A stretch of 37,947 bases of DNA, taken from assembly GCA_046543235.1 (NCBI GenBank), contig JBKGZT010000005.1, positions 1 to 37,947 of the forward strand, written 5' to 3'. Shown here one piece after another: positions 18,883 through 28,318 of this stretch. Position numbers and translations under genes: made by a program. Origin of the DNA: Candidatus Acetothermia bacterium. Lineage in GTDB: Bacteria > Bipolaricaulota > Bipolaricaulia > M55B111. The notes under the pieces are model-generated. The model was not told where the DNA came from. It searched no databases and was given only the letters and a program-made list of their open reading frames with translations. Positions within the stretch are counted from its first letter, which is position 1; each line of letters begins with the position of its first letter.

Positions 18883-20529
18883 ATGATCAAGAAAGAAATA
18901 AGAAGGGTATTGTCCGAGAGATTGGGAGAACTCGGGTTCGAACTCGAGGGGGAGGAAATTAGCGTCGACGAACCTTCCAACCCGGAGTTCGGGGATTACG
19001 CCTCCAGTATAGCCCTTGAACTCGGTTCGGAAAAAGAGGAGTCTCCCCGTCAGCTGGCCGAGCAAATCGCCGAAGGGCTCGAGAAGGACGGGTTTTCCGA
19101 CGTTTCGGTTGATGGTCCGGGCTTTATCAATTTCGAACTTTCCTCCGATCTCTACGGGAGAAGCCTCACCCGGTTGCTCGAGGAATCTAATCCGCTTTCA
19201 GGATACTCGAAATCCAGGAGCGAGAATATCCAGATCGAATTTGTCTCTTCCAACCCGACTGGTCCGCTCACCGTAGGTCACTGCAGACAGGCCGTTTTAG
19301 GAGACGTACTGGCCTCGCTCTACGAGAAGCTCGGTTACGACGTAGAAACCGAGTATTATTTCAACGACGAGGGTAGGCAGATCGATATCCTGGCTCGTAC
19401 CCTCTGGGCCCGCTATAAGCAGGCCCTGGGTGACCCGGTGGAGATTCCCGAGGAGGGTTACAAGGGTGAATACCTGATAGATCTTGGCGAAAAACTGGCC
19501 GCCGAACAGGGGGAGGAATACGACGAGTGGGACGAGAAAACGGCTTCGTTTTTCAAGGACGAAAGTCTGAATGAAATGATCGGGAGAATAAAGGACGACC
19601 TGGCTTCGCTCGGAGTGGAATTTGACGGGTGGTTCAGGGAATCCCGCTTACACGAGGAAGGCGAAGTAGAGAAGGTCCTCGATCTCCTGTCTGAAAAGGA
19701 CGCCACTTACAGGGAAGAGGGGGCGCTCTGGCTGAAGGCGGAAGAAAAGGGAGCGCCAAAGGACGTCGTGCTGGTAAAAAGTGACGGCGAACCTACTTAC
19801 CTCTTGCCTGACATAGCATATCATCTCGACAAGTTCGAGAGAGGATACGACCGGGTGCTGGTTCTTCTTGGCGCCGATCACCAGAGGCACGTGGAGAACA
19901 TGAAGGCGGCGTTGAGCTGGCTGGATTTACCGGATGACTTTTACCAGGTTTTGATAAACCAGTTCGTCAGCCTCTCCAGCGAGGGGGAAGTCAGGAAGAT
20001 GTCCACCCGGGAGGGGGAGTTCGTCACCCTCCGGAGCCTTGTGAAAGACCTCGGGAGGGACGTAGTACGTTACTTCATGGTGGAAAGGAAACCGGAAAGC
20101 CACCTCGAGTTCGACTACGATCTGGCGAAGGACGAATCTATGGACAATCCGGTATACTACCTCCAGTATGCACATACAAGGATCGCGAGCATATTCAGAA
20201 AGGCCGATGGGGCCGGAATTGAAGGAGAGCTAAAACCGGCTGAAATCGACCCGGGTCTGCTGTCCGAGGTGGAGGAAAAGGAACTTATCAAGGAGCTGGA
20301 CGAGTTTCCCGATATCGTAGAGTTTTCGGCGGAGGATTACGGGCCACATCACCTGGCCCGCTATGGGGAAAACCTGGCCGCGGCTTTTCATCAGTTTTAC
20401 AACAAGCACCGGGTACTCGTGGACGAGGAGGAACTCAGTCGGGCCCGCCTCGGTCTCTGCCGAGGGATTCAGGTCGTCCTTCGGGAACTGCTGGACGCGC
20501 TCGGCGTTTCGGCGCCTGAGGAAATGTAA
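18883..20529 (+). CDS. argS: Arginine--tRNA ligase
   Basis: FGDYAS, GPGFINF, EFVSSNPTGPLTVGH, EYYFNDEG, PDIAYH, GADH, KMSTR, NPVYYLQYAHTR, VSAPEEM. Confidence 0.97.
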   Translation: MIKKEIRRVLSERLGELGFELEGEEISVDEPSNPEFGDYASSIALELGSEKEESPRQLAEQIAEGLEKDGFSDVSVDGPGFINFELSSDLYGRSLTRLLEESNPLSGYSKSRSENIQIEFVSSNPTGPLTVGHCRQAVLGDVLASLYEKLGYDVETEYYFNDEGRQIDILARTLWARYKQALGDPVEIPEEGYKGEYLIDLGEKLAAEQGEEYDEWDEKTASFFKDESLNEMIGRIKDDLASLGVEFDGWFRESRLHEEGEVEKVLDLLSEKDATYREEGALWLKAEEKGAPKDVVLVKSDGEPTYLLPDIAYHLDKFERGYDRVLVLLGADHQRHVENMKAALSWLDLPDDFYQVLINQFVSLSSEGEVRKMSTREGEFVTLRSLVKDLGRDVVRYFMVERKPESHLEFDYDLAKDESMDNPVYYLQYAHTRIASIFRKADGAGIEGELKPAEIDPGLLSEVEEKELIKELDEFPDIVEFSAEDYGPHHLARYGENLAAAFHQFYNKHRVLVDEEELSRARLGLCRGIQVVLRELLDALGVSAPEEM

Positions 20530-20559
20530 TGGTTTTACTGGCAGGAAGGGGGAGAGTAG

Positions 20560-21471
20560 ATGAGCTGGTTTGGTAGGCTGAAGCAGGGCTTGAAGAAAAC
20601 CCGGGATAACCTGGTTGGAAAGGTAGAGAGCGTAATCGGTGGTTATAGCAGGATAGAGCCCGAACTGCTCGACGAGATCGAAGAATTGCTGGTTACCGCG
20701 GACATCGGCGTCAATACCGCCATGGAGGTAATCGACCGGGTAAAGGAACGGGTGGAAGAAGAAGGAGTGACCGACCCGGAACGGCTGGAGGACTTCCTCA
20801 AGGAAGAATTGAAGGAGAGACTTTCCGGGGCCGAAGAGGGATTAACACTCCGGGAGGATGGTCTAACGGTGATGCTGGTTATGGGCGTTAATGGTTCCGG
20901 CAAGACGACGACTATTGCGAAAATCGGGGAGAAGTTCGTTTCAGAGGGAAAGGAGGTCGTTTTCGCAGCTGCCGATACCTTCAGGGCTGCTGCCATCGAA
21001 CAGCTGGAATTCTGGGCCGAGGAGGTCGGAGCAACCCCGATAAGTCATGACATAGGCGCCGATCCGTCAGCTGTTGCCTATGATTCCCTCGAGTATTCAC
21101 TCAACAACGACGCCGACCTGCTGTTGATAGACACGGCGGGGAGGCTTCAGACAAAGCACAACCTGATGGAGGAACTCAAGAAGATAAATCGCGTGATCGA
21201 GAAGCAACTGGAGAGGCCGATCGACGAAAAGCTTCTGACCATCGATGCGACTAACGGTCAGAACGGAGTATCACAGGCGGAGAAGTTCGACGAGGCCATC
21301 GGACTGACAGGTATCATCCTGACCAAGCTGGACGGAACGAGCAAGGGAGGGGTGATTTTTCGGATCGTCGACGAGTTATCCGCCCCGATCAGGATGATCG
21401 GTGTTGGAGAGGACGAGAAGGACCTGCACGAGTTCGACAGAAGAGAGTTCGTAGAAGCACTGTTTCGATAA
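20560..21471 (+). CDS. ftsY: Signal recognition particle receptor FtsY (NG domain only)
   Basis: GVNGSGKTTT, AADTFRAAA, DTAGR, DATNGQNG, TKLDGTSKGG, IGVGE. Confidence 0.97.
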   Translation: MSWFGRLKQGLKKTRDNLVGKVESVIGGYSRIEPELLDEIEELLVTADIGVNTAMEVIDRVKERVEEEGVTDPERLEDFLKEELKERLSGAEEGLTLREDGLTVMLVMGVNGSGKTTTIAKIGEKFVSEGKEVVFAAADTFRAAAIEQLEFWAEEVGATPISHDIGADPSAVAYDSLEYSLNNDADLLLIDTAGRLQTKHNLMEELKKINRVIEKQLERPIDEKLLTIDATNGQNGVSQAEKFDEAIGLTGIILTKLDGTSKGGVIFRIVDELSAPIRMIGVGEDEKDLHEFDRREFVEALFR

Positions 21472-21500
21472 TTTCCACAGAATTAACGGGAGGTTAATTT

Positions 21501-24131
21501 ATGGAATACGTCTATTTCTTTGGTGGCGGAGAAGCCGACGGCTCGGAAGAGCTCGAGGACATCCTCGGGGGTAAGGGTGCCAACCTGGCAGAGATGACCA
21601 ATATAGGCATACCAGTACCCGCGGGTTTCACAATTTCCGCTGAAGTTTGTCAGTATTATTACAGGCACGACGAGACTTACCCGGAAGGCCTGGAAGACGA
21701 AGTGGAGGAAAACCTGAGGCAACTAGAAGAGGAAAACGGAAGGGAGTACGGCGATCCTGAGGACCCGCTTTTGCTTTCTGTCCGGTCGGGAGCGGCCGTA
21801 TCGATGCCGGGAATGATGGACACGGTTTTGAACGTCGGTCTGAACGAGGAAACTCTGGAAGGACTGGTCGAGAGGACCGGAAACGAAAGGTTCGGCTGGG
21901 ACTCCTATCGTCGATTAATTCAGATGTACGGAGAGGTAGTGAAGGGTATCGATGCTCGGGAATTCGACGAGGCCCTGGAAGAACTAAAGGAAGAGAAGGG
22001 CGCGGAGAACGATACCGATCTGAACGTCGATGACCTGAAGGAGGTCGTGGAAGTCTTCAAGGATATTTACCAGGAAAACCTCGGCGAAGAGTTTCCGACC
22101 GATCCCATGGATCAGCTCTGGGGTGCGATCGACGCCGTATTCGGTTCCTGGAACAACCCGAGAGCAATCAAGTACCGCAATATAAACGATCTCCCTCACG
22201 ACGCTCTGGGAACGGCGGTCAATGTCCAGACGATGGTATTCGGAAACTCCGGGAAGAACTCCGCGACGGGGGTCGCTTTTACCAGAAACCCCTCGACGGG
22301 CGAGAAGAAGCGGTACGGGGAATACTTGAAGAACGCTCAGGGAGAAGACGTCGTGGCCGGTGTCCGGACGCCCAAAGACATAAAGACCCTCAAGGACGAG
22401 ATGCCGGAGGCCTGGGAAGAACTGGAGGAGATCTTCCAGAAACTGGAGGAACACTACAAGGACGTGCAGGACGTCGAGTTCACGATAGAGGATTCCGAAC
22501 TTTACATGCTGCAGACCAGGACGGGCAAGCGGACGACCAAGGCAGCCGTCAAGATAGCGGTCGACATGGCCGAGGAAGGACTAATAGACAAGGAGACGGC
22601 GGTCAACCGCATTGACCCGGAATCGCTCGATCAGCTCCTTCACCCCTCCTTCGACGAGGAGGCGGAGAAAGAAGTGCTGGCAAAGGGGATCAATGCTTCT
22701 CCGGGAGCTGCAGTCGGGCAGGTCGTATTTACTGCCGCGGAGGCAGTTGAGAAAAGCGAAAACGGGGAACCCGTCATCCTGGTCCGCACGGAGACCTCCC
22801 CCGAGGACATCGACGGGTTGGAAGCAGCTGAAGGAGTACTGACTTCCCGTGGAGGTATGACTTCTCACGCCGCAGTGGTTGCCCGTGGCATGGGTAAACC
22901 AGCTGTCGCCGGCTGTGGAGCTCTGGATATAGATTACGGAGCCGAAAAGTTTGATGACGACGGGACGACCGTCGAAAAGGGAGATTATATCTCTATCGAC
23001 GGGACGACGGGCGAGGTCATGCTCGGAGAGGTTCCGACCGTCGAGCCGAAGATGGAAGAGAGCTTCCAGACCCTGATGGAGTGGGCGGACGGCGTCCGGA
23101 AACTCGGCGTCAGAACCAATGCCGATACTCCCGAAGACGCCGGAAAAGCCAGGGACTACGGAGCGGAGGGCGTCGGTCTTTGCCGTACGGAGCACATGTT
23201 CTTCGGTGACGACCGCCTCCCCTACATAAGGCAGACCATCATGGCCGAGGACCGAGAGGAAAGGGAAGAGTACCTGACCGAACTAGCTAACTTCCAGGAA
23301 GAGGACTTCGAGGGAATACTCGAAGAAATGGAAGGTCTGCCGGTTATTATCCGGCTCCTCGATCCCCCGCTTCACGAGTTTCTGCCGGACTCCGAGGACG
23401 AAATAGCGGAATTTGCGTCCGAGTCGGGTATGGAGCCTTCCGAAGTGAAGGGCAAACTCGAAGAACTGGAGGAATTCAACCCGATGCTCGGTCACCGTGG
23501 ATGCCGGCTGGGCATTACCATGCCGGAGATCTACGAGATGCAGGTCGAGGCGATTGCTCGCGCGGCAGCCAGCCTGCAGGACGATGGCGTGAACGTCAAG
23601 CCCAAGATTATGGTGCCGCTTGTCGGTGAGCCGGAGGAAATGAGGCGAGTCAGGAATTCGATCGAATCGGTGGTAGAGGACGTTCTGGAATCGCTGGGTG
23701 CTGAACTCGAATACGAAATAGGCACGATGATCGAAATACCGAGGGCATGCGTCCTTGCCGACGAGATAGCCGAGGACGCCGAGTTCTTCTCCTTCGGGAC
23801 AAACGACCTGACCCAGCTCACTTTCGGTTACAGCAGGGACGACGCCGGCAAGTTCCTCGAAAGATACCTGGAAGAAGGGGTGCTCGAGGACAACCCGTTC
23901 GAAACCCTCGACGGACAGGGAGTTGCGGAGTTCATGGAGATGGCTACCGAACGGGGCAGAAGCACGAACGGGGACCTGTCGGTCGGTATCTGTGGCGAAC
24001 AGGGAGGAGACCCCGACTCAATAGAAATCGCGAAGGAAGTTGGTCTGGATTACGTCAGCGCGTCGCCGTTCAGGGTGCCGATAGCCAGGCTGGCAGCAGC
24101 TCAGGCAGAGTTGGAGGATTCCGAAGAGTAA
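21501..24131 (+). CDS. ppdK: Pyruvate, phosphate dikinase
   Basis: GGKGANLAEM, SVRSGAAVSMPGMMDT, QGEDVVAG, GGMTSHAAVVARG (phospho-His), GLCRTEHMF, SFGTNDLTQ, GICGE. Confidence 0.98.
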   Translation: MEYVYFFGGGEADGSEELEDILGGKGANLAEMTNIGIPVPAGFTISAEVCQYYYRHDETYPEGLEDEVEENLRQLEEENGREYGDPEDPLLLSVRSGAAVSMPGMMDTVLNVGLNEETLEGLVERTGNERFGWDSYRRLIQMYGEVVKGIDAREFDEALEELKEEKGAENDTDLNVDDLKEVVEVFKDIYQENLGEEFPTDPMDQLWGAIDAVFGSWNNPRAIKYRNINDLPHDALGTAVNVQTMVFGNSGKNSATGVAFTRNPSTGEKKRYGEYLKNAQGEDVVAGVRTPKDIKTLKDEMPEAWEELEEIFQKLEEHYKDVQDVEFTIEDSELYMLQTRTGKRTTKAAVKIAVDMAEEGLIDKETAVNRIDPESLDQLLHPSFDEEAEKEVLAKGINASPGAAVGQVVFTAAEAVEKSENGEPVILVRTETSPEDIDGLEAAEGVLTSRGGMTSHAAVVARGMGKPAVAGCGALDIDYGAEKFDDDGTTVEKGDYISIDGTTGEVMLGEVPTVEPKMEESFQTLMEWADGVRKLGVRTNADTPEDAGKARDYGAEGVGLCRTEHMFFGDDRLPYIRQTIMAEDREEREEYLTELANFQEEDFEGILEEMEGLPVIIRLLDPPLHEFLPDSEDEIAEFASESGMEPSEVKGKLEELEEFNPMLGHRGCRLGITMPEIYEMQVEAIARAAASLQDDGVNVKPKIMVPLVGEPEEMRRVRNSIESVVEDVLESLGAELEYEIGTMIEIPRACVLADEIAEDAEFFSFGTNDLTQLTFGYSRDDAGKFLERYLEEGVLEDNPFETLDGQGVAEFMEMATERGRSTNGDLSVGICGEQGGDPDSIEIAKEVGLDYVSASPFRVPIARLAAAQAELEDSEE

Positions 24132-24158
24132 CTCTTGAGGGCTAGGATGTAACCTGAC

Positions 24159-24189
24159 GAGGGGGAGCCGTCAGGCTCCCCCTCTTTTT
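24159..24189 (+). terminator. Intrinsic terminator after ppdK
   Basis: 11-bp stem GAGGGGGAGCC-gtca-GGCTCCCCCTC followed by TTTTT, between convergent genes. Confidence 0.88.
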
Positions 24190-25993
24190 ATTCTTCCACC
24201 CAGACGTATTCGGCAAAGCTTAGAAAGGTTCCCAGCCTGCTGAACTCCTTCGTATTTCGCAGGTCTTCGTTCGTGGCGTACAGGAAACTTTCGCCTGCGA
24301 CGTAGATCAACGGTAGTTCCCGAGCGTAAATCTCCTGAAATTCGTCGTAGTAGCTTTTTCTCTCGGAGAAGCTCGAAGCCCGCCGCGCCTGTCCAAACAA
24401 CCTGTCGATCTCTTCTTCCCATTGGGTCGGGTTCACGTCTGCTCCAGGGTGCCAGAGGTGAAGTGGACCGGAAGTGGTAAAGATGTCGGAAAGCGTTACG
24501 GGTACCGCGGGGTTGGTCATCAAGCTGACGATTACGGCACTGTAGTCCCCCCCAACCAGCCTGGAAGAGAACTCCTCGAACCCCACTGGCATCACGCTGG
24601 CCTCTATTCCGATTCTCTTCAGGTTTTTTACAATGATTTTTCCGGTTCGAAGCCTGACCCGATTGCCCTTGTTGACCAGGATTTCGAACTCTACCGGATT
24701 CCCCGGGCTAAGTTCCCGAATCCCGTCGCCGTTCTCGTCCCGGACTCCGAGCTCGTCCAGAATTCTGTTCCCTTCGTCGGAGTCAAATTCATAAGGTAGG
24801 TTATCCTTCAGCTCGGCGTTGTGATAAGGCGATAGCCGGGATATCGGTCCGAACTGGAGCTGGCCAAAACTGTTAAAAACCTCCTCGATTATCTCGTTAC
24901 GGTCAATGGCGAGGGATACGGCTTTCCTAAAATCAGTCTCCCGGAATAGACCAACGAGCTCTTCGTTTTCCGTATTCCAGTTGAAAGTCATAAATTCCGC
25001 GCTCATAGGGGCGCCTCTTTTGTCATCACCAGTGTATATCCTCCAGTCCTCTTCGTCGTACCGGCTAAGCAGGTAGGGCATGTCCTCTATCTGTGGTCGA
25101 AGGAGGTCAGTCTCGTTGTTTTTGAACTTGAGGAACTGGACGTCGTCGTTCTTTACCTTCAGAACGCTGTAACCGTCTAAGTAGGGCAACTGTGTACCCC
25201 CCGGGTCGGTTTTGTAGTAATAGGGGTTGCGCGTCATCACGATTTTTTCACCAGGTACGAACTCCTGAAGCTTGAACGGGCCCGCCCCTACTATCTCCTC
25301 GGGATCCTCCTCCGCCGTCTTTCTCCCCCACAAGGCGTTGAATTCCTCGCCGGATAGATCAGCCAGTTTATGCTCCGGGTAAATCCCTGTGCTGACGCGG
25401 CGGGGAAAGAACCCGAAGGGCTCCGGAAGCTCAAACCGAACCGTCAGCTCGTCCACCTTCTTTACTTCCGGTAACTTTCCCCCGACCCGTAGCAGGTCCC
25501 TGGTGTCCGTCTCGACTTTTGGATCAAAAATCAACTCCTGGTAGGTAAAGACTACGTCCTCCGCCGTCAGGGGGTGACCATCGGAGAACTTGAGGCCCTT
25601 TCGCAGGTGGAACGTGTAGGTCAGTCCGTCTTCGGATACCTCCCATGATTCAGCCAGACCTGGAGTAACACGTCCGTTGACCGGGTTTTTCCCGATTAGC
25701 CCCGAACCCATTATCATTCGGGTTACGTCGGTTGAAGCCTTTGAGCCGGCCAGGAGGTCGTTAAAGGTATCCGGGAATTTATCGGTAGAAAACTGAACCC
25801 TTCCCCCGGTTTTCCCGGGCTTCAGATCTCCCATCTCCCAAAGTTCGCTTGATTCCCCGATCGGAACAACCAGTGGATCCTTCGGAGGAAACGTTTCTCG
25901 GGCGAGACACCCGGGTGAGGTTAGCAGGAATCCACCCAGGGTTAGCAGAAGAAAAACGAGAGTGGAGTACTTGACCGCTCCAGACTTGTTCAT
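24188..25993 (-). CDS. ABC transporter substrate-binding protein, family 5 (peptide/nickel/sugar type)
   Basis: Signal peptide; PGLAESWEVSEDGLTYTFHLRKGLKFSDGHPLTAEDVVFT signature; VGAGPF, RNPYY, LPYLD, FRKAVSLAIDR. Confidence 0.92.
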   Translation of the reverse strand: MNKSGAVKYSTLVFLLLTLGGFLLTSPGCLARETFPPKDPLVVPIGESSELWEMGDLKPGKTGGRVQFSTDKFPDTFNDLLAGSKASTDVTRMIMGSGLIGKNPVNGRVTPGLAESWEVSEDGLTYTFHLRKGLKFSDGHPLTAEDVVFTYQELIFDPKVETDTRDLLRVGGKLPEVKKVDELTVRFELPEPFGFFPRRVSTGIYPEHKLADLSGEEFNALWGRKTAEEDPEEIVGAGPFKLQEFVPGEKIVMTRNPYYYKTDPGGTQLPYLDGYSVLKVKNDDVQFLKFKNNETDLLRPQIEDMPYLLSRYDEEDWRIYTGDDKRGAPMSAEFMTFNWNTENEELVGLFRETDFRKAVSLAIDRNEIIEEVFNSFGQLQFGPISRLSPYHNAELKDNLPYEFDSDEGNRILDELGVRDENGDGIRELSPGNPVEFEILVNKGNRVRLRTGKIIVKNLKRIGIEASVMPVGFEEFSSRLVGGDYSAVIVSLMTNPAVPVTLSDIFTTSGPLHLWHPGADVNPTQWEEEIDRLFGQARRASSFSERKSYYDEFQEIYARELPLIYVAGESFLYATNEDLRNTKEFSRLGTFLSFAEYVWVEE

Positions 25994-25994
25994 C

Positions 25995-26969
25995 TCAGTC
26001 CCCCCTTTTATTCCGATCTTTATCCAGAAGCCTTTCCGCCAGAGCCGAAGCTAACGCGGAGCGGTAGGCTTCCGGGGCGTAGCCGGTAGCCGCGCCGGCC
26101 ATCCGTTCAAGTTCACCTCTCGTCCTGTCGGAATCCGCCAGGACCAGGGACCAGGCTCTGGCCGCTCCATCCCTGATTTCACGTGTTTCTCCGTTTCGGG
26201 TAAGGGATTTCAGTTCGTCCGGTTCCAGGTCCCCCCTGGCCATCTCTCCAAAGGCTATCCCCGCTGCTTTTCTCAACCAGACGTTCTTGTTCTCGTCTGA
26301 AGCGATTTCTCGAAGGTGGTTTAAGGAGATATCGGGGGAAATCCTGCTGTAATATCTTATGGCTAGAGCGCCCGCTGCGGCCTCCTTTATCAATTCGCTC
26401 TCGCTCGTCCGGATAAGTTCTTTTAACTCCTCGGCCGAGTAGGAATTTGGATAGATCGACTCCAAAGCCGTCGACGCGGCCCGACGGAGTCCACTTTCCT
26501 CGTCCGTTTTTGCCATCTTCTCCAGGTCCCTCATCGTATAACCCTCGATATCATTCAGATTAAAGGCCAGGTAGTATATCCCCAAAGACCGGCTCGCCGC
26601 TTCCTTCAGTTCGGAGGTTTCCCCTTCTTTCACGATCTCTTCAAGCTCCTCCGACTTTTCCTTTGCCTCCTGAAGCGAGCCCACCCTCTTTACGTCCTCG
26701 AAGTTCCTAGCCAGGGCTGCAATGGCGGACCCTTTCAGCTCCCTGGTTCTCGCCTCTTTGGCTATTTCTTCCAGCCTGGAGGACTCGAATTCCTCCTGTA
26801 CGTACTTCTTCCTCAGGGCAATAGAAGCTGCCTTCCGTAATTCAGGTATGAAATCCGCGTTTGCCCGCTTTTCTAGTTCTTCGATAGTGCTGCCGCGGAC
26901 GAACCCCGCCACCGTCAGCAGGGAAAGCGAAACCAGAACCGCAATGGGTATTCTAACGCGAGCCGGCAT
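25995..26969 (-). CDS. Exported hypothetical protein with HEAT-like helical repeats
   Basis: N-terminal hydrophobic signal; about 8 repeats of (E)L(R/K)xAAxxAL. Start moved to ATG 26969 behind SD GAGGT; stop lies 1 nt before the next gene. Confidence 0.75.
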   Translation of the reverse strand: MPARVRIPIAVLVSLSLLTVAGFVRGSTIEELEKRANADFIPELRKAASIALRKKYVQEEFESSRLEEIAKEARTRELKGSAIAALARNFEDVKRVGSLQEAKEKSEELEEIVKEGETSELKEAASRSLGIYYLAFNLNDIEGYTMRDLEKMAKTDEESGLRRAASTALESIYPNSYSAEELKELIRTSESELIKEAAAGALAIRYYSRISPDISLNHLREIASDENKNVWLRKAAGIAFGEMARGDLEPDELKSLTRNGETREIRDGAARAWSLVLADSDRTRGELERMAGAATGYAPEAYRSALASALAERLLDKDRNKRGD

Positions 26970-27015
26970 TTTTCCACCTCTCATTTGGTGTATTTTTGCT
27001 CCTGGTCAACCTGGA

Positions 27016-28230
27016 TCAACCCGGGACGGATTCTAACTCCCGACTTATAACTCTCCCGAGGCGGTTTATTCCTTCCTTGATTTTGGCCGTCGTCAACAGC
27101 GAGTACGAGAGCCTCATGGTATTTCTGCCACCGCTGTCGACGTAAAAGTTATGTCCGGGGACGAAAGCGACGTTTTCTTCCAGAGCCCTCTCGAATAGCT
27201 CTTGAGAGTCAGTTCCCTCGGGGAGGGTTACCCAGGTAAAGAGTCCTCCGTTGGGTTTAGTCCAGGTTAGACCTTCTACGTCCGGAAAACTCTCCTCCAT
27301 CGACTCGAGGATGGTGTTCCGGTTCTCCCTGTAGTAGCCCTGTAGCTCCTCCAGGTGCTCCGAGAGATCGTTTTCCTTCAACCAGTCGGCGGCGATCCAC
27401 TGTGTGGTAGTAGAAGTGCAGAGGTCGGTTGCCTGCTTCATCGTGACGAGCTCACTGATTAGCTCCGCAGGCCCGGCGGTAACAGCCAGACGCATCCCCG
27501 AGGAAAGGATCTTCGACAGGGAGACGAGGGTTATGACCCGCCCCGTCTCGTCGTAGGTACTTATCGGCTTTTTGAACTCTCCCGAGAACCTGACCCCGAA
27601 GTAAGGGGTATCCTCGATTATCAACAGCTCGTGCTCTTCGGCTATCCTTACGATCCTTTCCCTCTTTTCCTCGCTCATGGTGACTCCGGCCGGGTTCTGG
27701 AAATCGGGTATGACGTAGACGAACTTGGCCCTCTTCCCGCTTTTTTTCGTTTCGACTATCCTTTCCTCCAGGGCATCGAGATCCATACCGTCCCCCTCGA
27801 GCGGGACCCCAATTTGCTCCGCCTGGAAAATCGAGAAGGATTGAACTGCTCCCAGGTAAGTTGGCAGGCCGCAGAAGAGGACGTCACCCGGATCGAGAAA
27901 TGCCTTACAGGCGAGGTCGATCGCCTGCTGTGACGAATTGGTCGAAATGACGTTCTCGAGTTCCAGCTCCAGCCCGAAATTCGATAACCAGTCGATCATT
28001 TCCTCGCGGAAAGCAACTACCCCCTCGGTAGTCCCGTATTGTAAGGACTTCCGGTAGTTGTTCTTTAACTGCCTTTCGGCCGACTTGGCTAGACTCGCAC
28101 TGGGGAATGTATCCGGTTTTGGTAGCCCTCCGGCGAAGGATATTACCTCCGAGTCCTGAGTAAATTTCAATACTTCCCGTATGGCGGACCGGCCCGTGTT
28201 TTTTGCTCTTTCCGACAGGAATTTTTTCAT
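27016..28230 (-). CDS. PLP-dependent class I/II aminotransferase (LysN / aromatic aminotransferase-like)
   Basis: SAIRE, ISFAGGLP, LQYGTTEG, YVIPDFQNPAG, IEDTPY, SLSKILSSGMR, PNGGLF, VAFVPG; SD AGGAGG. Confidence 0.92.
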   Translation of the reverse strand: MKKFLSERAKNTGRSAIREVLKFTQDSEVISFAGGLPKPDTFPSASLAKSAERQLKNNYRKSLQYGTTEGVVAFREEMIDWLSNFGLELELENVISTNSSQQAIDLACKAFLDPGDVLFCGLPTYLGAVQSFSIFQAEQIGVPLEGDGMDLDALEERIVETKKSGKRAKFVYVIPDFQNPAGVTMSEEKRERIVRIAEEHELLIIEDTPYFGVRFSGEFKKPISTYDETGRVITLVSLSKILSSGMRLAVTAGPAELISELVTMKQATDLCTSTTTQWIAADWLKENDLSEHLEELQGYYRENRNTILESMEESFPDVEGLTWTKPNGGLFTWVTLPEGTDSQELFERALEENVAFVPGHNFYVDSGGRNTMRLSYSLLTTAKIKEGINRLGRVISRELESVPG

Positions 28231-28251
28231 TTTATTTCCCCTCCTGAGGAT

Positions 28252-28279
28252 ATTTTAACCGGTGAGCTGAAAAAGGCAA
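28252..28279 (-). promoter_or_regulatory. Promoter of the aminotransferase
   Basis: Minus strand TTGCCT (28279-28274), 16 bp, TAAAAT (28257-28252). Confidence 0.45.
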
Positions 28280-28318
28280 CTTGCGACCTACCTGCAACTA
28301 TCAACCCCGACGAAGTCG

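Noticed and set aside
23985..24010. PpdK GICGEQGG (usually GEHGG) and RsmH DGTTSTGGH (usually DxTxGxGGH) as signs of inactivation
   Set aside because: These are single substitutions in otherwise intact full-length genes; the catalytic Cys/His of PpdK and the other RsmH motifs are retained.
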